The notes under the pieces are model-generated. The model ran no database searches and was not told the DNA's origin. It worked only from the letters and a program-made list of their open reading frames with translations. Positions 1 to 8,266 of a DNA stretch of 64,000 bases are shown here, piece by piece. This stretch comes from an uncultured Alphaproteobacteria bacterium (GTDB lineage Bacteria > Pseudomonadota > Alphaproteobacteria > HIMB59 > GCA-002718135): assembly GCA_902585605.1 (NCBI GenBank), contig CACIED010000004.1:1637-65636 (forward strand), given 5' to 3'. Within the stretch, counting starts at the first letter, position 1. Each line of letters starts with the position of its first letter. A program made the translations under genes and the position numbers.

Positions 1-61
1 CGTGAAGATCAGGTATTTTTATTGAAGGATTTATCCTAAAAATATATTTTGTAAGTTACTT

Positions 62-1051
62 ATGAAAACAATTAGTGCCATCTTAATAATTTTATTAACC
101 TTCAGTTTTGTAATGCCCTCTAATGCCAAAGATTTATACAAGAAAAATCTAGGCATAAAAAAAAGTGATACTACACTTCAAGGTTGGGAAGCATGGAGAG
201 TGACAGGAAAAAAACAATTAAAAAAATATGAGAAAAAAAACAAGATAAAACTTTTTTCTATTGTCGATAACCCTACTCGTTTAGGGAAAACAGCATTTTT
301 TATTCAGGCACCAGGAGATGAATGTTTCCAAAGAGAAGAAGACTGTGATCGTAATGAGGGTTCTTACAAAAGAGTAGAAGCTAAGCAAATAGATGATGGT
401 GGAATATTGGGTGAGGTTTGGGTAACATATAGTTTTAATGCTCCTGAAGGGTCTCAATGGCAAAAATATGATCCCCATATTTTGCAATTCCATAGTGGTG
501 TTGCTGAATTTCCTCCTTTGTTTCTTTTAGGTATTAGTTCTAAATATGGTTTAAAATTAAGAGTTGAGCCGTTGAAAGGATTGGTCAATTGTGATGGAAC
601 TATAGACGAAAGACAAGATAATGATGATGCTAATTATTGTGGTAGGGAATTAAATACTTACTCCCTCATACCAATATCAAAACTAAAGAGTAATGTATGG
701 TATGATTTATTATTTAACATTAACTTTGATAGTGATCCGAATATAGGTTTTTTCAAAGTTTGGTTAAATGGTGATTTAATTATAGATGAAAAAGGACAAA
801 CTCTTTGGGAAGAAAAACCAATAGAAGAAATAGAGTTTAATCATGCTAATTTTAATTTTGGTATTTATGCTCAATTTATAGAAAATTATTCGCAATCAAT
901 TTATGCCGATGAGATTCGCAAAGCTGGATCATGTGAAGAGCTTAAATTAAATGACCTTGGTTACAAATGTGATGATTTGATAAATCAAAATGGAGGTATG
1001 TTACCAAAAGAAATCGAAGATATTGTAACAGGAGAGTTTACATACAACTAA
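62..1051 (+). CDS. Secreted polysaccharide-lyase-like (beta-sandwich, heparin lyase I/PF14099-like) protein
   Basis: N-terminal signal peptide (MKTISAILIILLTFSFVMPSNA). Motif order R.EAK / ILQFH / WYDLLFNI / FKVWLNG / FNFGIY / IYADEIR is typical of this fold. Confidence 0.55.
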   Translation: MKTISAILIILLTFSFVMPSNAKDLYKKNLGIKKSDTTLQGWEAWRVTGKKQLKKYEKKNKIKLFSIVDNPTRLGKTAFFIQAPGDECFQREEDCDRNEGSYKRVEAKQIDDGGILGEVWVTYSFNAPEGSQWQKYDPHILQFHSGVAEFPPLFLLGISSKYGLKLRVEPLKGLVNCDGTIDERQDNDDANYCGRELNTYSLIPISKLKSNVWYDLLFNINFDSDPNIGFFKVWLNGDLIIDEKGQTLWEEKPIEEIEFNHANFNFGIYAQFIENYSQSIYADEIRKAGSCEELKLNDLGYKCDDLINQNGGMLPKEIEDIVTGEFTYN

Positions 1052-1063
1052 AAATTATAACTA

Positions 1064-1086
1064 TTTACGCGTATAGGACGCGTGAA
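1064..1086. other. GC-rich hairpin with two ACGCGT palindromes
   Basis: TTTACGCGT-atagg-ACGCGTGAA forms a 9-bp stem with one G.U pair, 12 nt after the stop of ORF 62..1051. No U-tract follows. Confidence 0.5.
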
Positions 1087-1139
1087 CTGAGAGCATTCTA
1101 AAAAAAACAAGAGAAAAAAAATAAAAATAACAATTATAG

Positions 1140-1152
1140 TGGGGCGTTCTGT
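1140..1152. repeat. 13-bp direct repeat (att-like copy of the tmRNA gene 3' end)
   Basis: TGGGGCGTTCTGT at 1140-1152 is identical to 1930-1942. Confidence 0.85.
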
Positions 1153-1273
1153 ATAACGACTACTAAATCATTATTAACAGAAAATAAGGACTTTTGGAAA
1201 CTTCTTCGTAGAAACTTCGTAGTAAGTTTTCTTTATTTGTCAGATTTCTTGTTTTAGTTCTTCGTAGTCTTTT

Positions 1274-1801
1274 TTATTCTTTAATTAAGGATAATAATTT
1301 CTTTGCTAGTCTAGAAACTGCCTTTCTTCTATCTTTTGAAAGTTTTTTAATAATTTTTATATTTTCTTTTATTGTTTTATTATCAATTTTATTGAAAGTT
1401 ATTAGAGCATTCATTGATTGACACAAAACAATCCAATCACTGGAATTATTAAGATAATCAGATACAATTTTTTTTGCTTTTTTTTGTTCTTTATTTTCTA
1501 ATTGATTAACTAATTCTGAAAATAATTGAGCGCAGGTCCATTGTGTGGAAGATTGTTTTATTTTTGAAATTTTGTTTAAGAAAATATGTTTAAAATCTAA
1601 AAACCATTCTGGTTTTTGTCTAAATATTCTTTTAAAGGCATTTGATGTTCTTAATCTTACTATTTGGTCTGTGCTTGAATAACACTTAATTAATGGATTA
1701 ATTCTATTTTTTTTAACAATAACATGTTCAACAACTTTTATTGTATTACCTAGTGAATTTGGATGACCTCCAGTTAGTTCAGACTCATAATTCATTATCA
1801 A
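1274..1801 (-). CDS. Conserved hypothetical helical-repeat (HEAT/ARM-like) protein
   Basis: 175-aa ORF with motifs LTGGHPNSLG, VRLRTSNAFKR, QWTCAQL, DWIVL and DRRKAV, which I recognise from a widespread uncharacterised family. Confidence 0.7.
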   Translation of the reverse strand: MIMNYESELTGGHPNSLGNTIKVVEHVIVKKNRINPLIKCYSSTDQIVRLRTSNAFKRIFRQKPEWFLDFKHIFLNKISKIKQSSTQWTCAQLFSELVNQLENKEQKKAKKIVSDYLNNSSDWIVLCQSMNALITFNKIDNKTIKENIKIIKKLSKDRRKAVSRLAKKLLSLIKE

Positions 1802-1929
1802 TTAATTTGTTTAAATAAATCTGACAATTAACATTACCTAATAATAAATTATATATTTTCCTTAGTAGTAAACTTCGTAGAGAGGTTTTTAAAAGAAATT
1901 GTTGATTTGATTAGATAATATTTAAAAAA

Positions 1930-1942
1930 TGGGGCGTTCTGT
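1930..1942. repeat. 13-bp direct repeat, copy coinciding with the tmRNA gene 3' end
   Basis: TGGGGCGTTCTGT, the reverse complement of ...ACAGAACGCCCCA at the end of the tmRNA coding piece. Confidence 0.85.
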
Positions 1943-2175
1943 TGCTCGGTGCCCCTGACCGCGCTCACCTAGAATCTAGGCAGCAAGTGCTAATCTATTA
2001 TCGTTAGCGTTTATAAAATAGCCCGATAACGGTGGTACAATACCGGATAAAGTCTTTGTCTTTGAATTACCGTCAAACCTATTTCGTCCCCATATTTGGT
2101 GGAGACGCCGGGTACCGCCCCCGGGTCCGAATAACTTATTGCACAAAGCATTTATTATCTTAGTTGCAAGCAACG
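1931..2175 (-). ncRNA. ssrA: Circularly permuted two-piece tmRNA (alphaproteobacterial type)
   Basis: Minus strand has the acceptor piece ending GGACCCGGGGGCGGTACCCGGCGTCTCCACCA (CCA ends at 2097), then a 5-nt spacer AATAT. The coding piece starts GGGGACG (2091) and pairs with CGTCTCC, including the G3.U alanine determinant. Tag frame ANDNRLALAA-stop at 2008..1976. Outer ends are approximate. Confidence 0.93.
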
Positions 2176-2277
2176 ATATTATTATACCTTAAACTAATTA
2201 TACTTGAAAGTTTTGTCTTGAAACCTAGCAATTAAAAAAAAAAATTGCTACTAATAAAGTGATAAAACAAATAAAAT

Positions 2278-2766
2278 ATGATCAAAGCAATCATGGCAAT
2301 TGATGAAATGGGAGGCATAAGTAAGGGCCAAAGTATGCCGTGGCCTAAAAATTCAATTGACTTAAAATGGTTTAAAGAAAATACTATAAATAATGTAGTT
2401 GTAATGGGAAGGAAGACCTGGGAAGATCCACTTATGCCCACACCTCTAAAATCAAGAATAAATGTTCTTATTACAAACAAAGATAAAGAATTAATAGAAG
2501 GAGCAGATTATTACTTTAGTGGGAACATAGATAATCAAATTCAGAATCTTCAATCAGAATATATGGAGAAAGATATTTTTATAATTGGTGGTTCAGAAAT
2601 AATAAATTTAACTTTTAAATCCATAGAACAATTTTATCTCACTAGAATCTACGGTAATTATAATTGTGAAAAATTTATAGATATCACTTCTATAGAAAAT
2701 AATATGAAAATGATTAAAAAAATAAATGGTGACTCAACTTGCCATTTTGAGATTTGGGAAAGATGA
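2278..2766 (+). CDS. folA: Dihydrofolate reductase
   Basis: MPWP..DLKWFK..T, VVMGRKTW and IFIIGG motifs. Confidence 0.95.
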   Translation: MIKAIMAIDEMGGISKGQSMPWPKNSIDLKWFKENTINNVVVMGRKTWEDPLMPTPLKSRINVLITNKDKELIEGADYYFSGNIDNQIQNLQSEYMEKDIFIIGGSEIINLTFKSIEQFYLTRIYGNYNCEKFIDITSIENNMKMIKKINGDSTCHFEIWER

Positions 2767-3593
2767 AACAATACCTAGATGCTTTAAGATATTGTTATGA
2801 TAATGGCTCTGATGTTGAAAGTAGAGCGGGTGGTGTTAGAAAGTCTTTTGGATATCAAATGCATTATGATCTATCAAAAGGTTTTCCTGCTATAACGACT
2901 AAAAAACTAGCATGGAAATCTGTAGTTTCAGAGTTATTGTGGTTCATCGAAGGTTCAGACGATGAGAGAAGACTTGCTGAAATTTTATACAATGATTCAA
3001 GAGAAAATTTAAAAGATAAAAAAACTATTTGGACGCAAAATGCTCAAGCTGATTACTGGAAATCACACGCTAGGTTTGAAGGAGATGTTGGTAAGATTTA
3101 TGGAGTTCAATGGAGAAATTTTAATGGAGAAGATCAAGTATTAAATCTAATTAGAGGATTAAAAGAAGATCCAAATGGAAGGCGTCATATAATTTCTGCT
3201 TGGAACCCACCTGAGATTAAAAATATGTCATTGCCAGCATGTCATGCTTTTTCACAATTTTTTATTTCAAATAACAAACTAAGCTGCCAATTATATCAAA
3301 GATCATGCGATATGTTTTTGGGAGTTCCATTTAATATAGCCAGTTATAGTCTTTTGACTCATATGTTAGCTAGAGAGTGTAAATTAGAAGTTGGAAATTT
3401 TATTCATTCTTTAGGAGATTTTCACATTTATAATGAACATTTTGAGCTGGTTAAAATCCAATTAGAAAGAGAGCCTAAAAAATTACCTGAGCTTCAATTT
3501 GAAACAAAAGACTTTTTTAAATACAACGTAAATGATTTTAAATTAATAAACTATCAGCATCATGAAAAAATTGATGCTTTAATGAATGTTTAA
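2763..3593 (+). CDS. thyA: Thymidylate synthase (ThyA)
   Basis: TTKKLAW, ELLWF, YGVQWR, catalytic LPACH, YQRSCDMFLGVPFNIASY. Start placed at ATG 2763 (ATGA overlap with the folA stop). Confidence 0.96.
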   Translation: MKQYLDALRYCYDNGSDVESRAGGVRKSFGYQMHYDLSKGFPAITTKKLAWKSVVSELLWFIEGSDDERRLAEILYNDSRENLKDKKTIWTQNAQADYWKSHARFEGDVGKIYGVQWRNFNGEDQVLNLIRGLKEDPNGRRHIISAWNPPEIKNMSLPACHAFSQFFISNNKLSCQLYQRSCDMFLGVPFNIASYSLLTHMLARECKLEVGNFIHSLGDFHIYNEHFELVKIQLEREPKKLPELQFETKDFFKYNVNDFKLINYQHHEKIDALMNV

Positions 3594-4633
3594 TCTAAAG
3601 ATTTTTTTAAATTTTTTGCAATTGATATAAATTTTTTTGAAATTTCACCATCTGGATTGTCTATCAAAGCAGGTATTCCATTATCTGATTGAATTCTTAA
3701 ATTTGTATCAATAGGAATTTCTCCTAAAAAAGGTATTTTAGATTCTTCAGCTTCTTTTTTTACACCATCTTTTGAAAATATATAATGTTTCTGATTACAA
3801 TTATTACATATGAAATAACTCATATTTTCAACAATACCAAGAATATCAACATTTACTTTTTTAAACATATTTATTCCTTTTCTAGCATCAGTAAGAGCTA
3901 CATCTTGAGGTGTAGAAATTACAATTGATCCAGAAAGTTTTGAACTTTGAGCCAAAGTAAGCTGAGCATCTCCAGTGCCTGGTGGCAGATCTATTAAAAG
4001 GTAATCTAATTCACCCCATTCAACTCCATTAAACATTTGCTCTAAAGCTTTCATAACCATTGGTCCTCTCCAAATTGTTGGAGCTTCAGAGTCTAGAATA
4101 AATCCAATAGACATTAATTTTATTCCATAATTTTCTAAAGGTATAAGTTTTTTGTTTTCATTCATTATAGGTTTTTTTGAAATACCCATCATTCTAGGAA
4201 TGCTAGGACCATAAATATCTGCATCAAGTAAGCCAATTTTAAGATCTAGCAAGCTTAATGCTGTGGCAAGATTTACCGAAAATGTTGATTTGCCAACCCC
4301 CCCCTTACCACTAGCAATTGCTACTATATTTTTTGCATCAATTTTAAATCTTCTATTATCCCTGTTATTTGTTTTAGTACTCTCTACATCTGAGTTTATA
4401 ATTACATTCACAGAAAGTATTCCAGAAATTTGTTCAACATTATTTTTAAGCAATCTTACAATATTTAGATAAAGATCTTCTTTTTGACCTTTTACAAGTA
4501 AGGAAATGTTTACATTTCCATCTTTTACAACTGCTGAAATATTTTGATTTTTAGGATCAAAACTAAGATTTGTTTCAGGATCACTAAATTTCTTAGAAAA
4601 TGTATAAATTAAAGATAAAATTTCATCAGACAT
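3590..4633 (-). CDS. mrp: Mrp/ApbC/NBP35 Fe-S cluster carrier ATPase
   Basis: ASGKGGVGKST, DADIYGPS, WRGPM, DLPPGTGD and ENMSYFICxxC. Confidence 0.95.
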   Translation of the reverse strand: MSDEILSLIYTFSKKFSDPETNLSFDPKNQNISAVVKDGNVNISLLVKGQKEDLYLNIVRLLKNNVEQISGILSVNVIINSDVESTKTNNRDNRRFKIDAKNIVAIASGKGGVGKSTFSVNLATALSLLDLKIGLLDADIYGPSIPRMMGISKKPIMNENKKLIPLENYGIKLMSIGFILDSEAPTIWRGPMVMKALEQMFNGVEWGELDYLLIDLPPGTGDAQLTLAQSSKLSGSIVISTPQDVALTDARKGINMFKKVNVDILGIVENMSYFICNNCNQKHYIFSKDGVKKEAEESKIPFLGEIPIDTNLRIQSDNGIPALIDNPDGEISKKFISIAKNLKKSLD

Positions 4634-4719
4634 ACTTGATTTTTCCAGATTTACTCAAATATTAGTTATTAAATTATATAATTAGTGTTAGTAGATAGAG
4701 CCAATATTATCAATAATAT

Positions 4720-5826
4720 ATGAACTGGAATAAAAATAACAACGACAATAATCCTTGGGGATCAGGTGGAAATAACAACCCTTGGGGTTCAGGAGGTTCT
4801 GGAGACGGTCCAAATAGAAGAGATTTTGAAGATTCCATTAGAAAAGCAAAAGATAGATTTGGCAATTTTAAGTTTGGTGGCAGACGTAACCTTTCAATAT
4901 TTATAATAGTAGCTATTTTACTTTGGTTAGCTACTGGTTTTTATAGAGTCGAGCCTGATGAACAAGGTGTAGAGCTTTTATTTGGAAGATGGAATGGTCA
5001 AACAACTGAGCCTGGATTACATTACTTTTTTCCAACTCCAATTGGTAAAACTGTTACACCTAAAGTTGAAGTAATTAGAAAAATCAACGTTGGATTTAGA
5101 AGCGCAAGTGATCTTGGTTTCGGCTCAAATTCAAATGCAGAAAGAAAAGTTATTGAAGAAAGTTTAATGCTTACGGGTGATCAAAATATAGCAGATGTTG
5201 CATTTACAGTACTATTCAAAATAAAAGATGCTGGAAATTTTCTGTTCAAGCTCAGAAATCCAGAACTTACTGTTAAAGATATGTCTGAAAGTGTTGTACG
5301 TGAAGTTGTTGGTCAAAGAGATCTTCAATTCTTACTTACAGAAGGTCGTCAGGAGGTTGAACAAGTTGTAAGAAATGAATTACAATTAGTTTTAGATTCC
5401 TATGAAAGTGGTGTTTTAATTCAATCAGTGCAGCTTCAAAGTGTTGATCCGCCCGATCAAGTTATTGATGCTTTTGATGAAGTTCAAAGAGCAAGACAAG
5501 ATAAAGAAAGATTAGTTAATGAAGCAAACACTTATTTAAATAGAATTGTACCTAATGCTCGTGGTGAAGCAGCCAAACTTGTTGAAGCTGCTACAGCATA
5601 TAAAGAGCAGGTAGTTAAACAAGCAGAAGGTGTGGCACAAAATTTCATCGATGTTTACAATAGTTATAAAGATGCAAAAGAAGTAACTAAGAGAAGAATT
5701 TATTTAGAAACTTTAAGAGAAGTTTTAGAAGGTAAGAACAAAATAATTTTAGATGATACTGGAAATGGACAGGGTGTGGTTCCTTACCTTCCATTAAATG
5801 AACTTAAAAAGTCAGGAAATAATTAA
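4720..5826 (+). CDS. hflK: FtsH modulator HflK
   Basis: NPWG-rich N-terminus, single TM helix, SPFH domain (MLTGDQNI), AFDEVQRARQD. Confidence 0.95.
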   Translation: MNWNKNNNDNNPWGSGGNNNPWGSGGSGDGPNRRDFEDSIRKAKDRFGNFKFGGRRNLSIFIIVAILLWLATGFYRVEPDEQGVELLFGRWNGQTTEPGLHYFFPTPIGKTVTPKVEVIRKINVGFRSASDLGFGSNSNAERKVIEESLMLTGDQNIADVAFTVLFKIKDAGNFLFKLRNPELTVKDMSESVVREVVGQRDLQFLLTEGRQEVEQVVRNELQLVLDSYESGVLIQSVQLQSVDPPDQVIDAFDEVQRARQDKERLVNEANTYLNRIVPNARGEAAKLVEAATAYKEQVVKQAEGVAQNFIDVYNSYKDAKEVTKRRIYLETLREVLEGKNKIILDDTGNGQGVVPYLPLNELKKSGNN

Positions 5827-5827
5827 G

Positions 5828-6703
5828 ATGAGATTTAGTGCAAGAAATTTACTTATAGTTCTAGTTTTATTTGTTATTTTCCTTACTTTCACGGGAGCTT
5901 TTTTTATTGTAAATGAAACTAAGCAAGCTTTAGTGCTCCAATTTGGTGACCCAAGAAAAGTTGTTACAAAACCTGGCCTTCAATTTAAAATTCCATTTAT
6001 TCAAGATGCTGTTTTTTTAGATTCTAGATTACTTAATCTCGACCCCCAACCTGAAGAAATGATACTTTCAGATCAAAAAAGGATTATTGTTGATTCATTT
6101 GCTAGATACAACATTGTTGATCCTCTAAAGTTTTATCAGACAGTTAGAAATGAAACTACATTTTCAGATAGATTTGGAAGAATTATAAATGCGGCAGTTA
6201 GAGGTGTTATTGCACAATACTCATTAACATCACTACTAAGTGATGAGCGTATTAATATTATGAATGAAATTGAAAAACAAATTAAGGTTAATGAGAATTC
6301 TTTTGGCGTTAAAATTGTAGATATTAGAATTGGAAGAACAGATTTAACCGAACAAGTATCTAATAACGTTTATCAAAGAATGCGTTCTGAACGTGAAAAA
6401 GAAGCAAATTTATTAAGAGCAGAAGGTGAAGAACTTTCTAAAGAAATTGTTGCTTCAGCAGATAGACAACAAACAGTAATTCTAGCCGAAGCCGAAAGAA
6501 CTTCATCAATATTAAGAGGTGAAGGAGATGCTGCTAAAAATAGAATATTAGGTGATGCTTATAGTCGTGATGAGGAATTTTTTGATTTTTTAAGAACAAT
6601 GCAAGCTTGTAAAGATACTTTTGGAGATACAGAGATGTCCATGGTAATTGCCCCTGGGGAAGTCTGTGAAAAATTTTTTGGTGAAATAGATATCCAAAAT
6701 TAA
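5828..6703 (+). CDS. hflC: FtsH modulator HflC
   Basis: QALVLQFG, YQRMRSEREKEA, RAEGEE; follows hflK. Start placed at ATG 5828. Confidence 0.95.
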   Translation: MRFSARNLLIVLVLFVIFLTFTGAFFIVNETKQALVLQFGDPRKVVTKPGLQFKIPFIQDAVFLDSRLLNLDPQPEEMILSDQKRIIVDSFARYNIVDPLKFYQTVRNETTFSDRFGRIINAAVRGVIAQYSLTSLLSDERINIMNEIEKQIKVNENSFGVKIVDIRIGRTDLTEQVSNNVYQRMRSEREKEANLLRAEGEELSKEIVASADRQQTVILAEAERTSSILRGEGDAAKNRILGDAYSRDEEFFDFLRTMQACKDTFGDTEMSMVIAPGEVCEKFFGEIDIQN

Positions 6704-6903
6704 TGTTTGAAATATTACTAATAAGCATAGGTCTAGTGCTGATCATTGAAGGCATACTGTATTTTTTCCTAGCGAACAATTTAAAGAAATATTTCGATAT
6801 GCTTTCTATTATTAATCCACAAACTGTAAAAAATATTAGTTTATTTTTTGCTCTTCTAGGACTGTGCCTTATTTATTTCACGTTCAAATACTATGAAAAT
6901 TAA
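6703..6903 (+). CDS. DUF2065 family small membrane protein
   Basis: IGLVLIIEGILYF motif; conserved position after hflC. Confidence 0.85.
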   Translation: MFEILLISIGLVLIIEGILYFFLANNLKKYFDMLSIINPQTVKNISLFFALLGLCLIYFTFKYYEN

Positions 6904-8266
6904 TATGAGAATTAAATTTTTATTCTTAATTTCTATTTTATTTTCGAAACCATTACTTGCTGTACCTGAGAGTTTTGCTGATTTAGTAGAACAATTATCT
7001 CCTGCAGTAGTTAGTATTGCATCTACTACTATTGTTGAAAATAATAACCAAAATCAAATACCACAATTTCCAGAAGGATCTCCTTTCGATGATTTTTTTA
7101 AAGAATATTTTGATCGTGATCAAAGACGATCACAACGACCAATGACAGGACTTGGGTCAGGTTTTATAATAAGTGAAGATGGTATAGTTGTTACTAATAA
7201 TCATGTAATTGAAGGAGCCGACGAAATAACTGTTATCCTAAATGACGAAACAGAGTTTACAGCTGAATTACTTGGAAGAGACCCCAAAGCAGACATAGCT
7301 GTATTGAAAATTGATCCAAAAAATAAAAAACTTACATATGTTGGTTGGGGAGACTCGGATAAGATGAGAGTTGGAGATTGGTCAATTGCAATTGGAAACC
7401 CTCTTGGTTTGGGAGGAACTGTTACAGCAGGAATTATATCTGCAATCTCAAGAGATTTAGGTAGTGGGCCATATGTTAAATTTTTACAAACAGATGCATC
7501 TATTAATCGTGGTAATTCCGGTGGACCATTATTTAATTTAGATGGAGAGGTAATAGGAATTAATACGGCAATTGTTTCGCAAACAGGTGGAAGTATTGGT
7601 TTAGGATTTGCAATACCTGCGAACAGTGCCAAAAAAATAGTACAACAATTAAAAGATTTTGGAAAAACTAAGAGAGGTTGGCTAGGTGTACAAATTCAAC
7701 CTGTTACAAATGATTTTGCGGAAAGTCTTGGATTGCCTGATCAAAAAGGTGCATTTATATCTAATGTCAATCCAAATGGTCCCTCAAAAACTGCTGGATT
7801 AGAACCAGGCGATGTAATTTTAAAATTTAATAATATAGAAATCAAAAAGATGCCTGATTTACCAAGAGTTGTTGCAGAGTCAGATGTAGGTTCTACTGCA
7901 ATATTAGAAGTGTGGAGAAAAAATAAAAAAATTCGTATTGAGGTAATATTAGGAGAATTACCTGGAGAGGTAGTTACGGAAAGAAAAACAACTACAAATA
8001 TTGAAAAAAATTTAAAAATTGAATCTTTAGGAATTACTATTGAAGATCATAAAAGTGGGGTTAAAGTAATTTCAATTGATGACATTGATAGTAGTTTGCA
8101 AAATGGAGATATAATCACAGAAGTTAATAGAGAAAGTATTAACAATATGAGTTCATTTGAAGAATTAGTAAATTCTTTAGAAAAAACAGGTAGATCCTCA
8201 TTATTACTAAAAATAATTAGAGATGATGAGCAAAATTGGGTAACAATTAAATTTAAGAATAATTGA
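6893..8266 (+). CDS. degP: DegP/Do-family periplasmic serine protease
   Basis: GSGFII, TNNHV, DIAVL, INRGNSGGPL catalytic motifs; PDZ domains. Confidence 0.92.
   Translation: MKINMRIKFLFLISILFSKPLLAVPESFADLVEQLSPAVVSIASTTIVENNNQNQIPQFPEGSPFDDFFKEYFDRDQRRSQRPMTGLGSGFIISEDGIVVTNNHVIEGADEITVILNDETEFTAELLGRDPKADIAVLKIDPKNKKLTYVGWGDSDKMRVGDWSIAIGNPLGLGGTVTAGIISAISRDLGSGPYVKFLQTDASINRGNSGGPLFNLDGEVIGINTAIVSQTGGSIGLGFAIPANSAKKIVQQLKDFGKTKRGWLGVQIQPVTNDFAESLGLPDQKGAFISNVNPNGPSKTAGLEPGDVILKFNNIEIKKMPDLPRVVAESDVGSTAILEVWRKNKKIRIEVILGELPGEVVTERKTTTNIEKNLKIESLGITIEDHKSGVKVISIDDIDSSLQNGDIITEVNRESINNMSSFEELVNSLEKTGRSSLLLKIIRDDEQNWVTIKFKNN

Larger units (their letters stand above)
1140..1942. mobile_element. 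Putative minimal integrative cassette at the tmRNA 3' end (one cargo gene, no integrase)
   Basis: Bounded by 13-bp direct repeats. CTTCGTAG motifs at 1204, 1215, 1260 and 1873, plus CTTAGTAG at 1861. An IHF-like site lies at 1895-1907. Confidence 0.55.

Noticed and set aside
1976-2173. 65-aa minus-strand ORF ending ANDNRLALAA
   Set aside because: It is the tmRNA gene read through by chance; only the last 10 codons (the tag) are meaningful.
4747-4797. Tandem NNPWGSGG repeat at the start of hflK
   Set aside because: Ordinary low-complexity N-terminus of HflK proteins, with synonymous divergence between the copies.
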